Source: a virus. Taken from it: 64,000 nucleotides of DNA. The notes beneath the pieces are model-generated. The model had not been told where the DNA came from. It saw only the letters and a program-made list of their open reading frames with translations, and ran no database searches. The translations under genes and the position numbers were made by a program. Below are positions 54,038 through 62,248 of the stretch, one piece after another. Each line of letters begins with the position of its first letter. Within the stretch, counting starts at the first letter, position 1. The stretch spans positions 1 through 64,000 of IMG/VR virus record IMGVR_UViG_3300025411_000008. One strand, 5' to 3'.

Positions 54038-55858
54038 CTAGTAAACTACGGTGTTGGTCTGTGAATTAGTAGCGATAACTGAACCAGTCTGAGTGTTGAG
54101 ACTCAGAGTTGCCTGGATGTAGTTGATCGGGTACGTAGGCGAGTACTGGAACGTGATGTTAATCGTCGTAGGTGTACTCGGGTTGATGGAGAATGACAGG
54201 TTCTGGTAGCTCTGAATCAAGCCATTGTTAACTGCATAAACCAATTGCCCCTGTACTGCACCAAGAGCTGCAGCAGTTGTCGTAGCAGTCAGAGGTCCAC
54301 CAATAAGCGACGTGTTCTGGAGGGCAACTCTAATTTGGTTAGCCAGAACGTCACCGATAGCATTCAGCGAAATTTCCTGTGTCAACCAGTTGCTTACGTT
54401 CGTTGTAAGACCTTGGAGGATCCAGAAGTTACCGTCACGACGCTGGTAAACAGTAGTAATACCGTAAGGCAGGTAGTTGTACTGAGCGTCAGACAAGCTG
54501 ATTTGGTTAGGAACATAGTTGAAGCCAGCAACCGTCTTATTAGTAATTGGCGTGGCAACGTTAGTTTGACCGACGTATACACCAGCAATAGCAGCAGCCA
54601 GGTAGTAACCAGGAATATTGAAGTTAACGTTGTTAAGGCCAGTCGATGTGCTCAAACCTGGGTTGAAGTTGATCGATGCTGGGAACACGACTGATGTTCT
54701 CACACCAGCATTAGTCGCACCAATACCGCTTGCGAAGGCTTGCATCTGGCTTGTAGTCACTTGGTTGGAAGTACCATCGATACCAAGGAAAGCTCTCTGG
54801 TAGTTACCAGCAGCTGCTTGAGTCGTAAGGTAATTCGTAACAGATGCAGCTACGGTGTTCGTACCGTAAGGAATTACCTGACCATATGTATTACCGCTTG
54901 TATAAACGTTACCGTACAGAGGTACGACCACATCAATGTTGTTAAGAGCGGCAGCGTAAATGGGGTTAGAACCAGTGGTGCCAGACCCAACAGAGAACGT
55001 GTTGTTCCAGTCACCAACCGTTGCAGCACCAGAGCCGGAAGTGGCAAGACGAGCAACTGGAAGAATGGTTACAGTGTTTGCACCATTCATGAAAGCCATT
55101 TGCGCACCAAGCAGAGCTGGGTTGGTAATGGTTGTTCCACTAACTGTAGCACCAATTACAGAAGCAGCTTGTGTGTACTCGTAGAAAGTACCGTAAGCGC
55201 CCCAGTTGTGACCATATGTGATCTGCACAAGACCACTAGGGATAAGGTTCTGTACGGCTGTACCGGAGTAAGTAGATGTGTTTCCAACCCCGCTCAACGT
55301 AGTATTGTTAACATAGAAAGCAGAGAGCGAAGCAGAAGCAACGGTGTATGTACCGTTAAAACCGCTCGATGTACCAGTGAAACCTGTAATGTTTACGCTA
55401 GAGCCACCACTAATGGTGTTTGTACCAGACGTAGTGAAGATCCACTGAGTACCATTACCCGAAGCACCAGTGAAGTTGGTAAGAGCAGTGGTTCCGCTCG
55501 TAGTCAGGTAAGAGAAGGCGCCAAAGCCACCTGAAGCAGTGGGTGCGTTTGCAATGGTAAAGCTAGTACCATAAGAACCTGTAACGGTTACACCGAGGCT
55601 GTTTGTCCAAGTTACTGTGTAACCAGAGTTAGCTGTGTAGGTACCATTGTAGCTTGTATTGACCATTGGAATGGTGAGCTGACCAACGTTGATACCACTA
55701 ATAGCTGCTACGTTACTGAACGTGTCAGTCTGTGTACCGGCGAGAGGGTTGTCAGCGATGATGGCGATGTTAAGAGACGTAGGGTTAACTGCTGTTAAAG
55801 CTTGGCTCGTCGTTTGTGTGACGTAAACCCCAGGAATCTGGTAGTTGGAAATGGGCAT
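54038..55858 (-). CDS. Tail sheath protein
   Basis: N-terminal Y..PGVY; C-terminal GLTT...EIS...D, F.Y.P.YPINYI. Confidence 0.9.
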   Translation of the reverse strand: MPISNYQIPGVYVTQTTSQALTAVNPTSLNIAIIADNPLAGTQTDTFSNVAAISGINVGQLTIPMVNTSYNGTYTANSGYTVTWTNSLGVTVTGSYGTSFTIANAPTASGGFGAFSYLTTSGTTALTNFTGASGNGTQWIFTTSGTNTISGGSSVNITGFTGTSSGFNGTYTVASASLSAFYVNNTTLSGVGNTSTYSGTAVQNLIPSGLVQITYGHNWGAYGTFYEYTQAASVIGATVSGTTITNPALLGAQMAFMNGANTVTILPVARLATSGSGAATVGDWNNTFSVGSGTTGSNPIYAAALNNIDVVVPLYGNVYTSGNTYGQVIPYGTNTVAASVTNYLTTQAAAGNYQRAFLGIDGTSNQVTTSQMQAFASGIGATNAGVRTSVVFPASINFNPGLSTSTGLNNVNFNIPGYYLAAAIAGVYVGQTNVATPITNKTVAGFNYVPNQISLSDAQYNYLPYGITTVYQRRDGNFWILQGLTTNVSNWLTQEISLNAIGDVLANQIRVALQNTSLIGGPLTATTTAAALGAVQGQLVYAVNNGLIQSYQNLSFSINPSTPTTINITFQYSPTYPINYIQATLSLNTQTGSVIATNSQTNTVVY

Positions 55859-55881
55859 ACATTCTCCTTCAATGCCTTATG

Positions 55882-55902
55882 CAAATTGTTTGTGGTTTTA
55901 CA
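55882..55902 (-). promoter_or_regulatory. Putative late promoter (copy 3), upstream of the sheath gene
   Basis: TGTAAAAC-CACAAACAAT-TTG, followed by a GAAGGAG RBS. Confidence 0.65.
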
Positions 55903-55919
55903 GTGTTACTTTGATAGAA

Positions 55920-56585
55920 TTATTGGGTAAATGGCTTGCCGGGAGCTGTATAGATATTTGGTACTTCTGTTCCAGTAGCAGTAATTTTTGTAATCTGTGG
56001 GTAAATAACCTGGTACTGTGGCTCATAGAAGTCACCAATACATGCCACTCTGATGCTGGCTTCATAAGTTAATTCTTCTGGGCTCCATGGAGTTCCTGCG
56101 CTAACGCTGTCCCCCAACGGGGTAAGCGTATCTAATCTAAGCGTCATACCAACAAGATTGCTATTAGCAATACTTTGAGTGAAAGCCACACTGGCTGGGC
56201 TAATCATATCCATAAGAATGAGGTTTGTTACGCTGTCGTACAAACGATCCCGTTCTTCAGAGTGCATTGCCATGATCTGAAGGTCGATATTGCCTTCAAA
56301 GTAGCCTTCTCTAATGGTGTTGGTGCCTGAGTAAGTGGTGCCACTGATGGTAATACCGCCTGATGAAACAGAATAAATGTTAGGGTTGATACCTGACCAT
56401 TGGACTTTGCTTGGTCTGAACTGAACAAAGATGGCAGGCCACTGAACAGGCTCGAGTGGGTACTCAATAGTGATACTGTTTGGCGTTAAGTCAAGGCTAG
56501 TGTTGCTAGGGGTGCCTGAATTGAGCGTGTTGAATCCTGCTTCTAGTGCTTCAACTATTGCTGTTTTTACGGCTGTTACAAACAT
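55920..56585 (-). CDS. Tail terminator/completion protein
   Basis: Position before the sheath; IEYP...WPAI.V, ERDRLYD. Confidence 0.65.
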   Translation of the reverse strand: MFVTAVKTAIVEALEAGFNTLNSGTPSNTSLDLTPNSITIEYPLEPVQWPAIFVQFRPSKVQWSGINPNIYSVSSGGITISGTTYSGTNTIREGYFEGNIDLQIMAMHSEERDRLYDSVTNLILMDMISPASVAFTQSIANSNLVGMTLRLDTLTPLGDSVSAGTPWSPEELTYEASIRVACIGDFYEPQYQVIYPQITKITATGTEVPNIYTAPGKPFTQ

Positions 56586-56593
56586 TATGTCTC

Positions 56594-57112
56594 CTAGACA
56601 GATGGTCTTCCGTAGAAGACTTCACTGACATCGTCTTTTTCATTGGTCTTAAGTAGCATTTGCACTACATCTTCTGCTCTAGCGCCCTTCTTCCATTCAT
56701 CGACACTCATCTGAATGGCTTTCTGCAAGAATGCTGTACCAGGCTTGCCTGGGTAATACCATGCAGGCAAAGCAGACTGAATGCTTCCGTCTCTTGATGC
56801 ACGTGTGATGATAGGGATTTGACCAATCTTGTTGGCTGAAGCTCTTCTAAAAGCCATTGTTCCGTCTGAGTTGCGGATGGGGATAACACGACCAGCAACG
56901 TCAACCATTGCGTGCGCTTTAATACCCTTGTCAAGATCAAGTAGATAAGCAAACTTATCCGGCACTTCCAGCCCAACAATACCAGGTTGAGAATAAGGGA
57001 TAAGGCTATTTAAACCTTTACCAGTCTTCCTTGGTCCAATGATTTGAGCGATCTGGACAGCACGACGGGAGAGCTGTTGCGTTAACTCTTCTGGTGCTGG
57101 GATCATGCTCAT
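56594..57112 (-). CDS. Neck/tail completion protein (HK97 gp10-like)
   Basis: P.KTG...SL, YL..G...H, PG.PG..FL..A. Confidence 0.6.
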   Translation of the reverse strand: MSMIPAPEELTQQLSRRAVQIAQIIGPRKTGKGLNSLIPYSQPGIVGLEVPDKFAYLLDLDKGIKAHAMVDVAGRVIPIRNSDGTMAFRRASANKIGQIPIITRASRDGSIQSALPAWYYPGKPGTAFLQKAIQMSVDEWKKGARAEDVVQMLLKTNEKDDVSEVFYGRPSV

Positions 57113-57846
57113 AGAACAGGTACGTTATAGTAAGGGTGTCCTGGCCATACATTCTCGAGGACTGTCTGCTGGTTAACGATGATTGTCGTGTTGCTAAATG
57201 GTTGGGTGGTACCAACACGATATGGGTATTGTGCGCTGGGCCCAGGACCAGTTCTGATGGTTTGCGGGCTTACGTCTGCAACTTGGAAGCGTTCACTCGT
57301 AGAGGTAGGAACACCATTGTTCCAGCTTTCTACTCGTACCACTAGGTCACCAGTACGGATCTGAGGAAACCATGAAAACTGAACTCTTGGGTTCTGCTTC
57401 CAGAATTGACCAGTTGAGAGGCTCTTACGATCATCTTCTGTATCAGAAGCCAGCATATAAAGGTGATAGCAAGTAGGTTGGAAGCCACCTGAGAACGTAG
57501 TGCCATAACAGGTCGGGCAGTAGCTATTGCCAGTCTGTTTATAAACGTTGCTTACACGGTTTTGAATAGACGTGTAAGGATTAGATGGGTTAGGGCTGTC
57601 TTGGCATTCTTGGCAATAGCCTACGAGACCAGCTTCTGCGTCTTCAGCACGCCACAAAAGACGTACGATGCACTCTTCTCCGAACCATTGCAATGTCTCA
57701 TCGTGGAAACGTTGTTGGTTAACTTGAGTGAAAGCTTCCCGTTGTTTAACAACAAGCAAAGGGCTTTCAAGCTGTGTATTTAAGCCGCCGCTACCAGAAA
57801 CAACAGGACCTGGCTGTGGATTGATACCTGACACACTAGACCCCAC
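57109..57846 (-). CDS. Head closure / head-tail joining protein with Zn finger (likely GTG start at 57834)
   Basis: GE.C, CQEC...CPTCYGT.F.GG, P.IRTGDLVV. Confidence 0.7.
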   Translation of the reverse strand: MGSSVSGINPQPGPVVSGSGGLNTQLESPLLVVKQREAFTQVNQQRFHDETLQWFGEECIVRLLWRAEDAEAGLVGYCQECQDSPNPSNPYTSIQNRVSNVYKQTGNSYCPTCYGTTFSGGFQPTCYHLYMLASDTEDDRKSLSTGQFWKQNPRVQFSWFPQIRTGDLVVRVESWNNGVPTSTSERFQVADVSPQTIRTGPGPSAQYPYRVGTTQPFSNTTIIVNQQTVLENVWPGHPYYNVPVL

Positions 57847-58462
57847 CCATGTTCACTGCAAAATCAGCAACTTCGTTTTCCCACACTACGCGGGCAGTCC
57901 AACCTTGTTTTGCATACCAATCAATGAGATCCTGCGGGTTTTCTCCACGGTGCCAGTATGTTCCCCATACTTCTACAATCTCACGGGTGTCTGACTTTAC
58001 GTAGTCTGGGATGTGAACGCCAACCTTTGGGTTCCCAATAAAATAACGCTTGTCTTGTGTGCTAACATAGCCAAGTGGTTCAAGAACGGGCTTAAGTGAC
58101 AATTCCACTTTAGAAGACTTATTATTAGAACCATAGACGTTCATAAAACGGCCTTCTTTGTGAAGACGCACATTCTTTTCTGACATCTTTTTGCGGAACT
58201 CATCATCATATTTATGTTTTGCCAAGCGTTTTAAGTTACGCTCTCTTTGTTCTTCAAACGTGACCGTGCGTATGTAATGGCCAGCAACAAAACGTGTTTG
58301 ACGTGTTTTATTTGTTTTTACAGTTTCACCGCATCCGCATCCACATAAGACATCTCGGTCTTGACATTCTGGACAAGTTTTACGGCTTGGACCGCCACGT
58401 GTTTTAATTTGTTCTTTTTCTTCATTGCAAACACGGCATACGTATTGGAGTGTGACTGGCAT
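57836..58462 (-). mobile_element. Free-standing homing endonuclease (Vsr-like PD-(D/E)XK), paralog of 9206..9913
   Basis: CGCGCG, PDY...IVEVWGTYWH...WY...GW...VVWE. AT-rich insert between neck genes. Confidence 0.8.
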
Positions 58463-59328
58463 TATGCACCTCCAAGGTTGACTGCAGCGTACTGAAAGTG
58501 CGGACGACTCGGATTAGTGTACATACGTGGGATAAGACCACCAGCAACCAAAAGGCTTCTCTTCGATCCAACCATGAACTGACGCTTCATCTGACGCAGC
58601 TGCTTGTCAGCAACTTCCTTGTCAAACAGGTAAAGCTGCCACCAACGGTTGTAGTAATCTCTGCGGTCCATCCAAGCAGCGTTCATGCCTTGTGGCATAG
58701 GCTGCTCAATGTAGTTACGAGCAATGTGCTTCAAGAAGTGAGCATATGTTTGCGTAGCTAGTACACCGTAATAGGTAGTTGGGAATGGAACAATGGCATT
58801 AAGACCAATTTGGTAAGCAGGGTTAAAGATAGGCTGGAACTCAAAGTTAATGTAGTCCATGGTTTCGTCTTGCATAACCATAGCTACTTCTTCGTAAATC
58901 AAGAAGCCACTTTGATTGAGTTCCTGAAGGTATGGGCCACCAGCAGTGCTGTCAAAGCTCTTGTCAATGCGGTGAACAATACCAGCAACCAATTGACGTT
59001 GATCAGTGTCTAAGTTACTCCAGTAAGGCATCTGGTCAGTAACAACAAAGTTGTCTACGTAAGTTCTTGGGCTACCGCTATTAACTGTGTAGTTCCAAGT
59101 AACGGCATAGTTTCCTTGAATAGCAGTCTGGCTTGAATTAAGTGTGTACTGATATGTGCCAGTACTTTCATAACTAGTCTGTCCCGAAGCAAGAACCACA
59201 GTATTGCTATCAGTGTTTGTAATGTTGATCCATACGTATTTGTTATCAGGGTCAGCAAGAGAACCGCTGATATACGTTGTGATGCCAACAGGCTCTGCTG
59301 CATACTGTGGTATAGGACGTACTCTCAT
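58462..59328 (-). CDS. Head-tail adaptor / neck protein with N-terminal Ig-like domain
   Basis: GTYQYT...GNYAVTW domain; FDS..GGP.L; DRRDY..RW. Confidence 0.65.
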   Translation of the reverse strand: MRVRPIPQYAAEPVGITTYISGSLADPDNKYVWINITNTDSNTVVLASGQTSYESTGTYQYTLNSSQTAIQGNYAVTWNYTVNSGSPRTYVDNFVVTDQMPYWSNLDTDQRQLVAGIVHRIDKSFDSTAGGPYLQELNQSGFLIYEEVAMVMQDETMDYINFEFQPIFNPAYQIGLNAIVPFPTTYYGVLATQTYAHFLKHIARNYIEQPMPQGMNAAWMDRRDYYNRWWQLYLFDKEVADKQLRQMKRQFMVGSKRSLLVAGGLIPRMYTNPSRPHFQYAAVNLGGA

Positions 59329-59331
59329 TGG

Positions 59332-60552
59332 TTACGAACCGATGTAAGTCATTGAAAGATAAGTGTGTTGGTATCCTGCTAGGCCGAATGCAGTAGCGCC
59401 AACAGATTGCTGATTATAAGTAGATTCAGAACCATTATAAGCAACAAGAGTGACAGACTGACCAGCAAAGCAATACTGAATATCAGAGAAAACAATGGTT
59501 TCAGGCCCTTGTTGATAAGGTCCGCCACTGCCACTTTGCAACAAGAAAGCACTGGAATGTGTTGGGTTACTAAATGTATTCCCCAAAGACAAGCCATAAA
59601 TGCCAGGGAGAGAAACATTTCCTCCATTATTGACAAACCCTGCAGATGCATTGATTTGATAATAACCAGCAATAGGAGTAATTAACGATGTGCTACCGTC
59701 AGTCGTGAACCCACCTCTTAGATAACCAATGGCACCGCCAGTTGACATGTTGCTAATAGTTGCGTAACCACCACTTGAGGCAAGGGTGGTAGGTGCAGTC
59801 GCACCAATTCGTGCAGATGGAATGCCACTGATTGTTACGCCACCAACTGTTAAGTTACCGCTAACAGTTAAATTACCACCAACTACAACATTGCCATTGG
59901 GTGCACTAATAGCAGTTCCAGTGTTATTCGCATAAATTTCACCAGCAGCATTGATGGCATTTCCAACAGTAAGAGTATTGCCGACATTTACAGTTGTACC
60001 GGAAATTGTGGCAGCTTGTAATGTACCACTTGTGGTTATATTTCCAGCAACTTGCAATGCTCCGTTTGGAAATACGATTGAAGTACCATTGACATTGAAG
60101 TTTCCTGCAACACCCAAAGATCCTAGTACTGTTTCACCACCAGCTACTGTAACATTGCCACTGATAGTAACACCATTGGCAACAGTTAGACCATTATTAA
60201 GAGTAAGCGTTCCTGTGCTAGTAAGGTTAGATACATCAAAGTCAGATGCAATTGGTCCAGCAACCCATGGATAGTTAGTACCGCTTGTAGTACCAATGGT
60301 TGAAGTGCCTTCCTGAGCACGAAGGACTGTAGCTACGTTATTAGTACCACCACTGACGCTAGATACACCAGTGACATAGACAATCTCTTGTGAACCCGCT
60401 ACACCAAAGTATCCTGGGTTTAGAGTGACAGCAATGGTATAGCCACCGCTTGGCACCGGCCAAGTTGTACCAGTAATGGTAGTTTGGCTGGTGTTATTGA
60501 TCACACCTGATACGACACCGGATTGGAAATTAACACGTTGACGCAGAGTCAT
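59332..60552 (-). CDS. Fibre-like structural protein (beta-helix repeats, C1q-like tip)
   Basis: EIVYVT...RAQEGT N-terminus, repeated LTV.G, AGYYQINA. Confidence 0.65.
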   Translation of the reverse strand: MTLRQRVNFQSGVVSGVINNTSQTTITGTTWPVPSGGYTIAVTLNPGYFGVAGSQEIVYVTGVSSVSGGTNNVATVLRAQEGTSTIGTTSGTNYPWVAGPIASDFDVSNLTSTGTLTLNNGLTVANGVTISGNVTVAGGETVLGSLGVAGNFNVNGTSIVFPNGALQVAGNITTSGTLQAATISGTTVNVGNTLTVGNAINAAGEIYANNTGTAISAPNGNVVVGGNLTVSGNLTVGGVTISGIPSARIGATAPTTLASSGGYATISNMSTGGAIGYLRGGFTTDGSTSLITPIAGYYQINASAGFVNNGGNVSLPGIYGLSLGNTFSNPTHSSAFLLQSGSGGPYQQGPETIVFSDIQYCFAGQSVTLVAYNGSESTYNQQSVGATAFGLAGYQHTYLSMTYIGS

Positions 60553-60560
60553 TTAATTCC

Positions 60561-61127
60561 TTAGGCCTTGGGCAAGTCAGCAGGTGTGCGGATAGGCTTT
60601 GTTGTGTTGGTTACATTACGAAGGAAAGTCTGTGGCATGCGGCCATCAACTGCAAAGTTTTCTGGGTTTGGAGTATTTTTGGGGGTATTTACCCAAACGT
60701 AAGACGGGTCGCCCTGTTGTCCCATGCTCACAGTAAGGATATCGCTGCCATTCACCTTAACAACGATCGCTACATGTTCGCCCGTTCCACCACCATAAAC
60801 TACGTGGTCACCAGGCTGTACTTCTTCTACGGCAACACCCTTGGCACTCTTAACAAACAGTGCAAGGTGCTGTTCGTGGCTAAGGAATGTACCGGTGTAG
60901 CCCTCGTGGTCAAAACCAAGGCCATTAGGGTCATTACCATTAGCAAGAAATGCCCACAAGGTGCAAGAACCCGAGCAGTCGGTGTTGATAGGGAATCTGG
61001 GGGGCCAGACACCAATGGCATTCATACGGTTGGCGAGTTCTGAGTAGTTCCAGTTCCCAGGATTATTGGTGCGATTAGCTACGCCCCATTCGGCCCAAGC
61101 TACTTGTGCGTTACGTGTGTCATTCAT
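60561..61127 (-). CDS. NlpC/P60 cell-wall peptidase (endolysin candidate)
   Basis: DCSG, GYTGT, PGD.VVYG...HVAIV. Confidence 0.8.
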   Translation of the reverse strand: MNDTRNAQVAWAEWGVANRTNNPGNWNYSELANRMNAIGVWPPRFPINTDCSGSCTLWAFLANGNDPNGLGFDHEGYTGTFLSHEQHLALFVKSAKGVAVEEVQPGDHVVYGGGTGEHVAIVVKVNGSDILTVSMGQQGDPSYVWVNTPKNTPNPENFAVDGRMPQTFLRNVTNTTKPIRTPADLPKA

Positions 61128-61155
61128 ATTATCTCCTTTGGTCTATTATCTACAG

Positions 61156-61176
61156 CAAAATTAAGAGGGTACTACA
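61156..61176 (-). promoter_or_regulatory. Putative late promoter (copy 4), upstream of the NlpC/P60 gene
   Basis: TGTAGTAC-CCTCTTAATT-TTG, followed by an AAAGGAG RBS. Confidence 0.65.
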
Positions 61177-61490
61177 TCTTCGCCTGATGGATAGTCAGGT
61201 TCTGTAAAGTCATTGGGTTGCAGGACTTCTTCTGCGGTGTACCCTTCGCTAGCAGGAATTATTGGTTCTATCCAATTAAGACCTGGCTGGTCATTATTCG
61301 CAGTGAAGTTGCCAGCATTATCAAGATTTTGATCGTTATTTAATGCATAATTATTAACATTGATAAGTGGTTGTACTTTACCAAATTCAACCAACAAGAT
61401 GTTTAATATATAAGATTGCAGCTTACGTATACCACGGTAGCCTTCATACACTTTGGCGTTTGCGCTGTAATATCCTCGGTTACCTAGCAT
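61161..61490 (-). CDS. Hypothetical structural-region protein (start MLGNRG at 61490)
   Basis: TAATG coupling with the upstream stop. The longer track ORF overlaps the Gly-rich gene. Confidence 0.55.
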   Translation of the reverse strand: MLGNRGYYSANAKVYEGYRGIRKLQSYILNILLVEFGKVQPLINVNNYALNNDQNLDNAGNFTANNDQPGLNWIEPIIPASEGYTAEEVLQPNDFTEPDYPSGEDVVPS

Positions 61491-62248
61491 TAGAACGTTA
61501 CCGTTCCTGTACCCGCCGTGCTGAATGTAAACACAACGTAACCGGTGTAAGTGGTCTTGGTGTAGGCGAGCGACGAGGTCGGCGTTCCGGTGTAGGTGCT
61601 TGGCAGAGAGATGATGACCACGCCACCCGTAGCCTGAACGGTGGTAGCGCCATTGAGACCCGAGCCCATTCCGTAGCCCGTTGAACTCCACCCTGCTCCG
61701 GTTGAGCCAGGTAAGTGGGTGGCGTAGCCACCACCACCGGCTGCGTAGTAGACCGCCGTTCCGGTAATCGAACTCTGAAGTCCGTCACCACCATTACCAC
61801 CGATACCGGTTAGGGAGCTGAAGCCGGTTCCGTTCGTACCGGCGCTACCAGCACCACCACCACCGCCGTAGCCGAACGCGTTTCCCGTGCCACCGGCATT
61901 TCCCTGTCCCGAAGTTCCGGCGTAGGAGGTCGTGGTGTTAGAGCCACCAGCAGATCCAACTACACCCGAGCCACCGGAGTTGAACTGACCACCACCGAGT
62001 GAGGTTGTGGTATTAAACGTCGAGTTGCCACCATTGCTCGAGGAGCCCTTAGCACCGACGACGATTGTGTAGTCAGTTCCTAATTTAATTGTTGGTGTAA
62101 TGGTCTGCATACCACCAGCACCACCGGCAAAGCGAGGCGTGGAGTAGGAGCCACCGCCACCGACGATGAGCACAGTTGCAGCAAAAAACGGTGAGAACAT
62201 ACCGAGTGTTTGAATAGCATCGTCCGCAAATGTGGTTACAAGTGGCAT
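61490..62248 (-). CDS. Glycine-rich domain virion protein
   Basis: LIVGGGG, GGAGG, G..SSITGT.VYYAAGGGG, GGVVII. Confidence 0.8.
   Translation of the reverse strand: MPLVTTFADDAIQTLGMFSPFFAATVLIVGGGGSYSTPRFAGGAGGMQTITPTIKLGTDYTIVVGAKGSSSNGGNSTFNTTTSLGGGQFNSGGSGVVGSAGGSNTTTSYAGTSGQGNAGGTGNAFGYGGGGGAGSAGTNGTGFSSLTGIGGNGGDGLQSSITGTAVYYAAGGGGYATHLPGSTGAGWSSTGYGMGSGLNGATTVQATGGVVIISLPSTYTGTPTSSLAYTKTTYTGYVVFTFSTAGTGTVTF

Noticed and set aside
8109-61176. Reading the late motif as a sigma54 promoter because of TTGC
   Set aside because: It lacks the TGGCAC element 5 nt upstream, and the spacing and upstream box differ.
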